64,000 nucleotides of DNA. Source: Octopus vulgaris (taxonomy: Eukaryota). Positions 39,915-52,145 of the stretch are shown in pieces. How positions within the stretch are numbered: position 1 is the stretch's first letter; each line of letters opens with the position of its first letter. The DNA lies in assembly GCA_951406725.2 (NCBI GenBank), contig OX597815.1, positions 173,910,001 through 173,974,000 of the forward strand, written 5' to 3'. Under the pieces are notes generated by a model, which did no database searches, had not been told where the DNA came from, and worked only from the letters and a program-made list of their open reading frames with translations. Both the position numbers and the translations under genes were made by a program.

Positions 39915-40168
39915 TCATGGAGGAGAGAGAGGAAGTGGAAGCTGCAGGGCCTCACAAATTGCCGGGGTGTAAAAACGCCAGTGAGACGACAAGGTTACCT
40001 ACTGTTGTTTGCTATACTAGTTAAGCAAAGGTTAATATTTTTATAACGAATTTAAACAATTTTTAAACGATTCTCTTAAATGTATTTGTATGTATGTCCT
40101 GTATTTGTAATTCTGTGTACCGATTTTTATAATCGTAATAAAGAAATATCTTATTTAGACTAAATTTT

Positions 40169-41560
40169 GACCGGCCACCGACTTGGTAGCAAGGTTGTGA
40201 AGAAAAGTATGATTTAACCATCGTCCTTTAAATTTTAAGATCTTGCAGATTTTAATAGTCTTGGATGTCGTGGTCATTTGTAGCTTATGAACTAAGGATT
40301 TGCATTCTTTCCACCCCCACCCCAAGATTCCAAGTTCAGTCATATTTTGCTCTCTGGATGAATTGGTATTTATCCTGTTGCTCTAATAATTACGGGTATG
40401 AAGCTGAAAGTGTACCTTGGTTACTGGATTTGGAAACTTTATCAATGGCCTATAGATGTCCTCTTTCTCTTGTATTTTTCTAACCACATTCGTGTCCAGG
40501 AGGATAGGATTTCCACAACAGAACATGTCTTTTCTACGTGGTCCTACACAACAGTATCTGTTGGTTGTTTTAATTTCCAAGTCCCACCAGTATTCTTTTT
40601 AACCTAGCGGTCTCAATATGGTCAACTTCGTTTGTAGGTATTCTCTTTCTTGTTATCTTGTTCTAGACCGCTCTGGCCACCGTATCATGAAGATAAAATC
40701 TGGAAGATGAGAGAGTGTGTGTATGTGTGTGTAAGGTGGGTAGGTTTCAAGTTCGGTATCAGTGGTAAAAATTATTGATTTTAGAAAGGCTGAGTTCTTA
40801 GTGAAAGTGTGAGCTCAGATGTAGGTCTGCTTGTTGGCGATGTGATTGATTGGTTGATCACTTCTCCGTGTGACTGTATTTGAGTTACCAATAAGAGCAG
40901 TATCTGAATTGAAGATTTTATAGTTGGTCTGCTGTCTATATTATCCAAACAAAATTATTTTTTATAACACCCACTGGCACAGTGATTGCCAAAAACATCG
41001 TCACTATTGATATCTTCAGTATCGACTGGCATTGCCATTCTGGGTGGGCTGTAAGCTCGACTACAATATCAATAATTCCTGTTGCTAAGCTTTTCTACGA
41101 TAATAATCCTTAACAGAGAAGCTTGTTCATATAGAATCGGTCTGCGTTGCTGATTGCTTTGAATGGTAATAATGTAGGCATGTATGTTGATGAAGTAGGT
41201 GGAATAACTGATTGATCCGAAAAAATGTTGTTGACACGCTTGTTAATGAAATACATGCTCTAGCAGCTTGTTCAAAACGGTAATGAAGTTTCTACGTTTA
41301 CTACTGCCTGTATGTCTGGAGAAATGAACGAGCTGTTACGCCGGTTGATTGGCTCGATGACTTTGGCACGCCTGTCGGTAATTTTGGCACAGTAGCTGAT
41401 GGTGCACACCATCGCTTCTTGGACTAAAATGCATTTGTTTATGCTAGGGGGTTTGGTGAGAATTTGCTGAACGTCCAATGAAATAGCATTAAGTCGTTCA
41501 CGTTTGTTGTTCGCTATTTCATTCTCTATGCTACTCATGCATTTGTCTTTTGTGACCTTT
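40169..41560 (-). mobile_element. Highly decayed Ty3/gypsy gag-pol relic
   Basis: Gag-like DVQQILTKPP, knuckle-like HYRFEQAARAC, RT-like IPIHPESK in the expected order on the minus strand. Confidence 0.6.
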
Positions 41561-41819
41561 TACAAACCATCTCCTCCCATTTTATGAACAATAGTTAACC
41601 TTCCACTTGGACATAGCAGCAGTGATAAGTGGCTTCAACTAAATAGTTTTCATTGAATTCCTCGTCCCCACTGATAAAGTTCACACATGTACATATTCAC
41701 CCACAACGTCTCTCTTATACTTAATTCACACCTTGTAAACATACATAGACACACAAAGAGATACTGACTGCAATATCTCAGATGTCCACCCAGACACTTC
41801 ACACACTTTGCATAACACA

Positions 41820-41852
<33 letters not shown>

Positions 41853-42967
41853 CCACACACTTAATTCTGTATTTTTCATACTCAGGCATACGCACAACCT
41901 ATTTATAACTTCTCACGCGCTTTATCTCCAAGTGTATGTCCACAACAACCCTCGACTTTGCTTACTCTTCTCTGCAAAAAGCCATTAACTCTACTTACTC
42001 TCTGTCCGTCATAAGTCAGCATGCTTCTTTTTCGATAGGCATATTACATTTCCCCTTTTACAATTTTTTGTTCACTTCCCTTTCCGTCTATTTTGACAAA
42101 AGACAACTATCCGAAAAGTCGACATCTCTTCTCTTTACAATATAATACAGTGGCTTTGTATTCCAGTTAATCGGTTTGCTTTGTTTGTATTCATGACTTA
42201 CTTTAGGTACAGGTTTGTTGTTAATGTTTGATTACAAGATTACAAGCTACCTTTAGAGAGCGAGTGATAGTATGTTGCTATTAATTGCACAGTTAAACAT
42301 GAAATTTCAGTATAATTGTTTTATAATGTCGATGTACACCGTGGCTTTCAATATTTTTATATTAAAGGCCACGGGCAATTCTCAAAGACTCTTGTTCAGG
42401 ATACCACGCAGCAAAATCGAACCCGTGGCTCTGTGATTACGAAGCAAACTTTTTAACTATTCGGTAATGCAGCACCAATACTTACATACACACATACATA
42501 CCTTTCTAAGCTGGTTGTTCGGTTTATGATGCGTTAAGTAATTTAAACCCAGTAGCAATAGACAGAAGAAAATAATGGATACCAGAGACAACAACAATAA
42601 ATTATATATAGCTTCTTTTTTATTTTTTACCTGCCACCTGAAGGTAAGCGTCTACAGGTCTAAGTGTTACGATAGTTTAATGTGATTGAACAGCATGTGT
42701 TTACGTTCAAAAAGTTCAGAAAGTACAGGTTTGAATGAGATAATAATTCATATATAGAAAATATAACAATTTTCGATTACAACATAGGCATGAAAGAAAA
42801 AAACTATGTTTAAGTTAAATTTACTATGTAAGTCGAGTTTTGCATATGTTCTTCAAATAAAGTTATTTTGTGTTACACCTGCAGCGTGAACGGAAAATGT
42901 TGAGATAATAGAAAGAAAATCAGCACACATGGTTTGCAACCGGAGGGAAATCGAGATACGGTAAAGC

Positions 42968-43113
42968 CAGGGCCTGTTTTAGGGTTGTTGGAGCCCCGGG
43001 CAAGCTGACTGTCATGTAAATTTCCCTGTCTTTGTCATGTCCTCCTCGGCGTTCCCTAGCACATGGCACCCCGGGCGACTTACTCGAGTTGCTGGTACCT
43101 TGAGGCGGCCGCG
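42968..43113. mobile_element. Degenerate GC-rich PIF/Harbinger-like MITE
   Basis: CAGGGCCTGTTTTAGG ... CCTTGAGGCGGCCGCG imperfect TIRs and two internal CCCCGGGC(A/G)A motifs. Confidence 0.45.
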
Positions 43114-43186
43114 AAATTTTTTTTTTCCCCACGCGAATTCCGGACCCCAGTTATGAACTCATTTGCATACAACCAATCAGAGTTCA
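43110..43186. promoter_or_regulatory. Cluster of promoter-type motifs (E2F-like, octamer, CCAAT)
   Basis: CGCGAAA 43110-43116, ATTTGCAT 43161-43168, AACCAATCAG 43171-43180. Confidence 0.35.
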
Positions 43187-43248
43187 ACTATCAAACCATT
43201 TTATGAGCGCATAACAAGTGATGGGCAATAAGATAAGGTCTCTTGGTT

Positions 43249-44373
43249 AAGTTTGATCATTTTTACCCAGTTAGAAAACAGGATTTGGAAGCTGCTATTT
43301 TGTACTTGACAACGTGTGTTGTCAATTGTAAACAAATGAAATATTGGCGGAATCTGCTTTACGCACGCCATATAACCCCTCGTAACTTTTTTGTTTTTTT
43401 GGAATTTTCAGAAAATGTTTGCGAATTTATACTCTATACATGGGAATTCATACGATTATGCAAAAATCAATTTTGGTGCGTGATTTAAGGCATATATAGC
43501 TGTTATTTTTAGCATATCTCATAATTGTCCTCATACCGCATGTGTTTTAAGCATATGGTAAGCAGCTTGGTAGCAGCTTGATTTGTTACTATGGATACGG
43601 GCACCTATATGTATGTGGCTTTCGATCTGCTAAAATTACCAAAAATTTGCAAATTTTAAAAGCTATTAACTTATTATTAATTAATTTACAGCGAAAATGA
43701 ATTTCATGTCAATGATCAGCATACAAATCTGCACTATTACACCTAATATGAAATCAATTGGAACAAAAATTGAAGATATTGAAAAGTTGCAACCAAACAG
43801 AAAAGATCCGTTTTGTGTGCTGATCATTGACATGAAATTCATTTTCGCCATAAATAAGTAAAGAGTTAATAGCTTTTAAAGTTTGCAAATTTTGGGTAAT
43901 TTTAGCCAATCGTAAGCCACAGACACATTCATGCCTGTTTTCACAGTAACAAGCCAAACATGAGAGCCCTTTTGTTTGTGAGAAAACACGTATGTTGACA
44001 AATATATTCTACGCGAAACCACGTGCATTGAAGGTATGTTCTGCTGCTTGTACCCATCTGTTGCATGTACCCTGATTGTGAGGTGTGCTAAAAACAACAG
44101 CTAAATAGACCTTAAATCACGCATCTCCAATTTTCTTTTGCATAATCGTATGAATTCCCGCGTGTATAATACAAATTAGCAAAAATTTTATGAAAATTCC
44201 AAAAAATAAAAAGTTATTAGGGGCTATATGTTGTGCTTAAAGCAGAATTTGATTTATTTACAGTTTCATATCAAATCACGTGCTATTTTTAGAACGTTAA
44301 CAACTTGTGCAGTCATGCACAAAATGACAGCTTCCAAATCCTGTTTTCTGACTGGATAAAAGTTATCAAACTT
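43249..44373. mobile_element. 1.1 kb foldback element (long imperfect inverted repeat, loop 43728-43811)
   Basis: Outer match agaaaacaggatttggaagctg / cagcttccaaatcctgttttct; middle gggaattcatacgattatgcaaaa / ttttgcataatcgtatgaattccc; inner gcgaaaatgaatttcatgtcaatgatcagca / tgctgatcattgacatgaaattcattttcgc. Confidence 0.9.
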
Positions 44374-47300
44374 TAAACTTCTATAATGTTCTTTAAAAAT
44401 TTTTCTGGAAAAAGTTGAATATTCCCTGAGATTGAGCATGGAAAACTACAGCAATACACCAAATTTAAAAATTTTCACTAAACTTCAAAATTTCTACTGG
44501 TGCAACCAAGCAGAAAAGATCTGCTTCATCTTGTTTGAAGGTTTTAACAACTCTGCCAATCCACTACTCTGGACTGATACATTATTTATCAATCATAAAA
44601 GAATGAAGCTCAAAAACTTGATTTGAAATGAAAACATAAAAAGCTAATAAAACTAAGTAAAGGATTTGAACTGAAAACATAAAATGCTAATAAAGCTATT
44701 ATAATGGCCCAAACTAATTCAAACATCGCATGTTTGTTCTTTATGGCTAAAATCTATTATGCAAGCAATTATAAAAGAAAGTCACAAGATAATCAGCATC
44801 ATTGTACTAAACAAGCCTTTCTACGTTGTTGTTGAATGGTCAGTTCTAACGGAGCAGGTCTACGATCAAAGACATTTGACTATGTCCATCTCATACTTTT
44901 AGGGTATCTAGAATTAGATTATCAAATGTGTCCCCTTCTTATTTAGGATGGTAGGGAGGTACTTGAGTGAAATTTAGCTATTATCAAAAGCAGACTGAGC
45001 AACCAATTAAAAATTACCTCACTGGCTCAAATTCTTCTGTAAACATGATTAACACATACAATGCTCACTTTGTTTTTCATATAAATACATATATAGCATA
45101 TGTAGATAAATGTTTGTGCATTTGCATACGTGCATGCTTATTCTGTAGATAATTAAATCGCTTTTTATATTTGAACAACATAAAACTGAATTTGCTTTCA
45201 GAAAATGTAAACTTAAAGGCTATTTCATATTATTCTTGTCAACGCATGAAAAAAAAGTTTTGATGCATCATAATTTTCTATAATTCTATTGATATTAAAA
45301 AAATTGATAACACAAAATTGTATCAAGTAAAATGTCAAGAATATATATTCATTTGAGAAAATTTAACATTAATATTCCTTTTCTTGTATTTTTTCATAAA
45401 TAAGTCTTATAGCATGTATATTTAAAGGAGAAAAGTTACACGCAAATTTATTTTCATTTATTATCTTTTTTTTATATATATACTTTTTAACCTTTAAACA
45501 CAATAGTTTTCACACATAAATTTTTGTATTTTGATCTACTTCATAATCTGATTTAATGTTCCTTCATCAATATAAATATGAACAAATCTGATTTTCTTTT
45601 CTTATTTTTCTTATCTCTCACCTATATTTGCAAGTTACTGGTCTTCTTAGAAAACCTTTTACTTATATAGTTCCAAATATTTTCTTTGGGAATCTTTAAA
45701 TGCTAAACTCTATGAGTATGTAGAAACAAAACTTTCTTAATTTTTGTTAGTGAATGGTTCCCTACTTTGTCTCCGTTAACATTTAATTTCTACTTATACT
45801 TTTTGCCATTTTTGTATATAATATTTTTATCTATAAGAATGGATGGCTATATCTCAATCATATATCACACTTTGATTCCAAATAATTCTTCCTCTTCTTT
45901 TGATTCTAGGAATTTAATGCATATGTATTGTTACATGTGCAGTTCTATGCTTCACGCAACATGTTGGCAAGATTTAAAAAAAAAAATTTTTTTCTTCATG
46001 AATGTGTCTTTCATCATCTTAGAAATATAAATTTCTACATTTATTCTAATAACCTTTAGCAAGTAACATAATCTACTTTATACAATGTGTTGTCAGTCAT
46101 TAAAAGGAAAGAAAATTTGTGTGTAATAGTAAATTAGATTAATCTTCTTTTTTTTTTTTGTGCAGAACAATGGCTTTCCAATTGCAAATTGGCAAGAATC
46201 TGAGTTCTAAAAATTCATCTACTTCCATAACCACCAGAATTAAATTTCTCATTTGATAAATCAATAATTACACTTTGATAACAAAATTATAAAATCTTAA
46301 ATCATAAAGTTACAAATCTAAAAATGTTCAGTGACATTTATTTGAGCAGTTATATTTTGAATATTTATAGAAGAAAAAGTATTCAAAAATACATTATGAA
46401 AATATTTCAGAATTTTTATTGTGGATTATTTAAACCAAGTATATTGTCTTAAAATGAGTTAGTAAAGTATATATACCCAGAAATGCATATCATGTAAAAT
46501 TTTATCTGCAAAGAATTGTAATGTAGAGTAAAAATATTGGAATGCAATTAAGTGAATGTGTAAAATGTACTTAGATTGGTATGAAAATATAGCCAAAGTT
46601 TCTGACAATGGATTGCATTCTGGGAAATTATATTCTTTTGGTAAATCACTAGAAATCATAATTCAACAGTATTTATAAAGATATTGATAATGATCTGAAT
46701 CTGTGCAGAGACTTGTACTAATTTGCACACAATATTCTGTAATGGATTACATATTTATGATCAAAAATCCAAATATTCCTAAAAGAAGATTAGGATTTGT
46801 AAATGAAATTATTTTTTCCCCTATGAAATGTTTTTAAATGATACTATTTTGTTATAATATTTGCAGGAATTTAATATTCTTGTATTTTGATTATGTTTTG
46901 TTTCTATTGCTTTATTATAATCAATAGAAAGAAGAGATGCTAATAATCTACAATATTGCAACTATTGAGTTTCTGACTTATCACAGATACTTTCTCCATG
47001 TCTTTCTTGGATTATTGATTACTCCTGCTGTTATTATTATTGCTATTTAGCTCCAAGTGAGCTTGGTGTGTATACCTATGATCAAAGGCTTTCAAGCCAT
47101 CATCTTTTTGTCTTTTCCTTGAACATTGTATGTCTAGGGCTGTATTATCCAATGCATCCTCTCCTCTCAAGAAGTCGGGGTGTAATTTGAAGGAGATTTG
47201 GCTGCTTTTTCTAGCAAGGTAAGCAACTACATAGAGGCTTCTTTATTGGCTTGTAAATTAATATTTCTATACTCACTGTAATATTTACAACCTGATAAAA

Positions 47301-47464
47301 TTACAAACTTTTCAATATCGTTTTTAAATTACTCTTCTCTCAAATGAAAGAGCAAAGCTATTTTCCATAGAATGGAAAAAAAAATGCTGTGGTTGCAAGG
47401 CAGTGTTTAAAACTGACACAACTGGTCAGAATATCTTGATATTTTATTGCTATCATTATCAGAC

Positions 47465-47690
47465 TAAAGGTTGTAAGTTGGCAGAAAAAACCTTAACACA
47501 TTGAACAAAATGCTTTGTGGCATTTCTTCTAGCTCTGTATGTTCTGAGTTCAAATCCTGTCAGGATCAACTTTTCTTTTTATTCTTTTGGATCAATAATA
47601 TAAAGTAGCAGTCATGTACTGGGGGTTAATGTAACTGACTATCTCCTCCCTCTAAAATTGCTGGCCTTGAGCCAAAATTTGAAACAGTTA
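47465..47690 (+). mobile_element. Decayed SINE family C
   Basis: ttggcagaaa...gttctgagttcaaatcc...tactgggggttaatgtaac matches the head of the 60541 copy. Confidence 0.6.
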
Positions 47691-47799
47691 TTATGCTAAC
47701 AGGACCTATGGAAATTCCACATTTTATAAATTTTTAGAACTTCAGATATTGCTTCATTGTGTTAAAATTTTCAATTATGTCTTCAATATCATTCAGCTA

Positions 47800-48620
47800 T
47801 TAAGATTGTTTAAAATATTATCAACTAGCAGTATCGCCCGGCGTTGCTTGGGTTTGTAAGGGAAATAACTATATAAGCATTTTTAGAGAGTTATAGCCAA
47901 AAAATAGCAAAAAAATGCATTAAAAATGGAAATCAAATTATGGTAAATTTTTTTTAAAATCGTTGACTCATCGTAGACATTTTTAGAGAGTTACTTCCCT
48001 TATATAATAGCGAAAAAATGCATTAAAATGGAAAAAATGATGGTAAATTTTTTTTTTAAATTGTAGACTCATCGTAGATGCACGCTAATACCCAGAAGGG
48101 CTCGATATGAATCATGACTATAAGATACCCGGTTTTGGTTAAACTGCACCGCAAAATGTGGGAGTAGTTAGGAATCTAAATCGTAGGAGACAGACACACA
48201 ACTTCTCTTTTATATATAAAGATATCACATATTTAATGTATACGTGTTGTTAAATGCTGCAAGGCTGTGGTTATTTTGTCTAAGGGAGATCCTTTTGAAG
48301 ATGTTTAGAGTTAAAAACCCAGCTTACTTCAATGTTAGGTGAAAGAAAATTGCTCAGGAAGCAAATGAGAGCAACAGGTACCAATATTTCACAGTTATTT
48401 CATACTCTTCCACTCCTGAAATGAATTACAACAGTCAGCTAGAAGTATATATACAGATAGCATAAAATCTATTTGCTGATGTGCAAAAGCATTTCACAAA
48501 ACTTTGAAGTTTGTTTTTTTTTTTAATACAACATCTTTAGAAGGATCTCCTTTAGACAAATTACAGCAGCTCTTTAGTGTCTAACAACACACATACATTA
48601 AGTATGTGATTATTGATAAT
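47800..48620. mobile_element. MITE-like inverted repeat whose left arm is interrupted by a Helitron
   Basis: 48224-48305 is the reverse complement of ~48530-48610; match continues (attatcaa/ttgataat) on the other side of the Helitron. Confidence 0.7.
47825..48222 (-). mobile_element. Complete non-autonomous Helitron (398 bp)
   Basis: 5' TC(TTTATATATAAAA), 3' hairpin CCCAAGCAACGCCGGG then CTAG, inserted between A and T; internal ~100 bp direct repeat. Confidence 0.92.
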
Positions 48621-49794
48621 GTTTACATTATTAAGCTACTTCTAACAAAATTTCACACATCAGCAAATAGATTTTACCCCATTTGTATACATACTTCTAA
48701 CTGACTGTTGCAATTTGTTTTGGAAGTGGAGAAGTATGTAACACTAATGATCAGAAATAACCACAAAATATCAGTATCTGTTACTTTTATTAACTGCTGA
48801 GACAATTTCATTTTGCCTAGATTTGAAATATGCTGTGTTTTTAGCACTATATGCTTTTAAAGGGTCCTTTCTTAGACAAAATATTACAGCAATGTAGTGT
48901 TTAACAGCAAACATACATTTACCACATGGTACCACATGGTTCCACATCACTGAGCAGCTTCTAGCACAAAATTTAAATTTTCTTTAAATCATATTTGAAC
49001 ACATGAGCAGAATAATATGGATTTGATCACAAAAATGTGATGATGATAATTAACTTTTATCATCTATGACAAAACAGATAGCATTGTTTTGTACAGCTCA
49101 TTGTTGTATGTAGCAAAATAACTGTAATTGGTGAGTGCTTCATTCACTTTAGATCTCAACTTCAATTTATTTTTATGAAAACCCTGCAATAAATTGGCAT
49201 CCTATCCAATGGAAAAAAAATATTTCTCAGCTGTTGACTAGGTAAAATGTCAGACAAGCTGCTGTTTATAGACATGCCTTCCAGTAACAATACTTGATAA
49301 AAGAATTAAATGAGTAACCAGAAGAGATTCACAGATCTTTTATTACAATCTAGAGTTCTGGTGCAATATAAGAAGAGAAAGAAAATAAAAATTAAAAGAG
49401 ACACATTTTATGGTAGTCAGCCTGAAGATGGATCTGAGTGTTGACTTGCAAAAATCTGATCAGGATTGCAAGCTTTCACTAATACTTAAGACAGGATGGA
49501 AACAGTGATGTTTCAGCAAAAGGATGAAATTAAATACTTATTTACAATCAATGACAATGGTGGTGTGGGTGGTGAAGATGATGGTGGCAGCTGCAGTGAC
49601 AAGGACAATCACAACAGCAATTATGACGAAAATGCAAAGACATTGTTTGAAAATCAGCACTGCTACCATTATCATCAGCAGTAGCAGCAGCATCATAATC
49701 ATCATTATTTCTATTAGTGTATCCATTTTCTTACTATTTTTTTCAGATGTTTTACATCCAATTAATCACTTCTTCTTCAATGCAATATATTTAA

Positions 49795-50017
49795 CCCCTT
49801 TTAATACCAGTCCTCCTGAGACTGTTTCTGGTTCTATGATACAAGCTTCAAGTTTTAAAGTGATCAAAATTAAAGCCTTCCTTCAAAATTTTATGTTAAT
49901 TTATGTTCTAAACACCCGCTTAAAAACAGCAAAGTTATTTCGACAAATTCTTCAGTAATTTAAAAATGAACTGAAACAAAGGTAGTGTATTTAAACTGAA
50001 ATATGATAACAAAAGGG
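49795..50017. mobile_element. piggyBac-like MITE
   Basis: TTAA|CCCCTTTT ... AAAAGGG|TTAA. Confidence 0.65.
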
Positions 50018-51059
50018 TTAAATACTTGTATGTAGACATAAATATAATGTTTGAATATTTTAATCTCGAAATATTCTTTTAATTATGGTTGTGAAAGCTA
50101 TGAATGAATATTCTTCAAATGGCATTCCTCTTAAATGAACACTTGCTTGTTTTCTTAAATTGATACAATCATAAATTGATGCAATGAAAGCTGGATTATT
50201 TTCATTAGAACATGTTCCTGGACATTTTGAATACTTCAGTTTCTCTAGTTCAGCATCTGAATAAATTATTGATATTATATCATTAATTTGAAATAAGGAA
50301 GTTTAAAAATAACCCAGACATAAATTTGCATATAGAAACAGTGATTTTATAAGTATCTTGCTTAGTACTTGATTGTTGTGTAAATACAACAATCCATTGG
50401 TTATTATGCATTTTCTCTTCATATAGATTATATTTCACTCTGTCATCAAGTAGACTTCTATAGTCTTCACAATTATGTGAAAATTTGAATACTGTTGTGT
50501 CTATGTGTAATATTTTAATTACCAATGAATTTAATTTTATTCTCTTTGTGTGGGCCTATTAATTATGTATTTATGTGTAACTGTATTCTGTTAGTGCTGG
50601 TTATTTAATTTTCAGCTGTTTTTGGTTTAGAATTGCTTTTTTTTAATTAATTTTTTTATTATGTATATTGTAAATTTGTTTTTGTTCATTTTGTAAATTT
50701 TAATTCAAATTAATTAAAGGCAGTGATTTGGTACTAATAACAACAACAGAGAATACGCTAGATTCATAAAAAATATCGGTCCATCTTGGCAAAATAGCTC
50801 TCAGATACAAATCTGAAACAAAATATTGAAAAGAATGCTTTCAGATTATTAAAAAGCTTCATTTAAGCAACACACCTATCATTCACTGAAACAGTGAAAT
50901 AAAATATCAAATCTCAATGACCACATGAAATGCATGAACATTTTGATTGTATTTTGTTCTAATTCATGTAGTTGCAACAATAATAGTTACACATTCTACT
51001 GCTTCATGAGAGAGATGAAAAGTTGAATCAACATTGGTAAAATTTGAACTCATCACCAC

Positions 51060-52145
51060 CACCATCACCATATACATGATGCAATTTCCATGTGGAGTTA
51101 GTTCTGCTGCTCCACCAGCACCTGGGGGATGAATTTCACCAACACTCTCCACATGCATAACCCCTCCGTTAAAGTGGAATGCACTGATCCTGTGGTTATT
51201 TCCACTTAATGAGTAATTTCCTGGATTGTTACACAACAATTGGCTCTTTGTTTCAGCTTGTGGATAGGCGCAGGAGTGGCTGTGTGGTAAGTAGCTTGCT
51301 TACCAACCACACGGTTCCAGGTTCAGTCCCACTGCGTAGCATCTTGGGCAAGTGTCTTCTGCTATAGCCTCGGGCCGACCAAAGCCTTGTGAGTGGATTT
51401 GGTAGACGGAAACTGAAAGAAGCCTGTCGTATATATGTATATATATATAAAATATTATATCATATATATTATATTATATTATATTATATTATATATATTA
51501 TGTATATATATATATGTATGTGTGTGTATATGTTTGTATGTCTGTGTTTGTTCCCCCACCATCGCTTGACAACTGATGCTGGTGTGTTTACGTCCCCGTC
51601 ACTTAGCGGTTCGGCAAAAAGAGACTGATAGAATAAGTACTAGGCTTACAAAGAATAAGTCCTGGGGACAATTTGCTCGACTAAAGGTGGTGCTCCAGCA
51701 TGGCTGCAGTCAAATGACTGAAACAAGTAAAAGAGTAAAAGAGTAACCTGCCTGAGCATACCTCACTCTCCATTGAGGTGCAGCCATGTTTGAAGCAGTT
51801 GTACTACTCTTTGACCTGAGTTTTACCTATGGCATCATTGCCAAAGGCCTACTGAACCTTCTGAATAGTTTGAGCTTGAGTATCACCAAGCTTTTTGCAA
51901 AACTCAATGCAATATTTCTATTCAATAGGTTGGGTCATCTTGCATGAAAATAAAAATCCACGAGGGTACACTACATATTTGTTTGTTCTCTCACAACAGC
52001 TGCGAACTGGCATGGCCTACCAGCATGAAAATTTTCTCTTATGCACAGAGATGGTGGTATCACCTCCCACTCAAAGGATTTTGCCAACACAGCATTAGTT
52101 TTGGCATGAAACAGTAAAGACAGATACTTTTTTAATGCACTTTGT
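51060..52145 (-). mobile_element. Mariner relic (transposase N-terminus) split by a SINE
   Basis: KYCIEFCKKLGDTQAQTIQKVQ*AFGNDA...FKHGCTSMESEVCSGR, continuing VTIQEI...TGSVHSTLTE left of the SINE. Confidence 0.8.
51264..51745 (+). mobile_element. Full-length SINE family B with expanded internal (TA)n
   Basis: Collinear with 22385-22747; tail gtaaaagagtaaaagagtaa. Confidence 0.88.

Larger units (their letters stand above)
34886..40149 (+). mobile_element. Full-length L1/Tx1-clade non-LTR retrotransposon (copy 2)
   Basis: 19 bp TSD CTTATTTAGACTAAATTTT at 34867-34885 and 40150-40168; 5' UTR, ORF1, ORF2, 3' UTR ending AATAAAGAAATAT. Confidence 0.97.

Noticed and set aside
42975-42990. TTAGGGTT as a telomerase template (minus AACCCTAA) downstream of octamer/CCAAT
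   Set aside because: Lies within the terminal repeat of a Harbinger-like MITE; no pseudoknot-like motifs follow
46140-46260. Strong plus-strand acceptor (T-run...gtgcAG at 46165)
   Set aside because: The frames I read stop within about 30 codons; no donor or recognisable peptide
49496-49958. 144-aa ORF with Ser/Ile runs
   Set aside because: Built from trinucleotide repeats plus a piggyBac-like MITE
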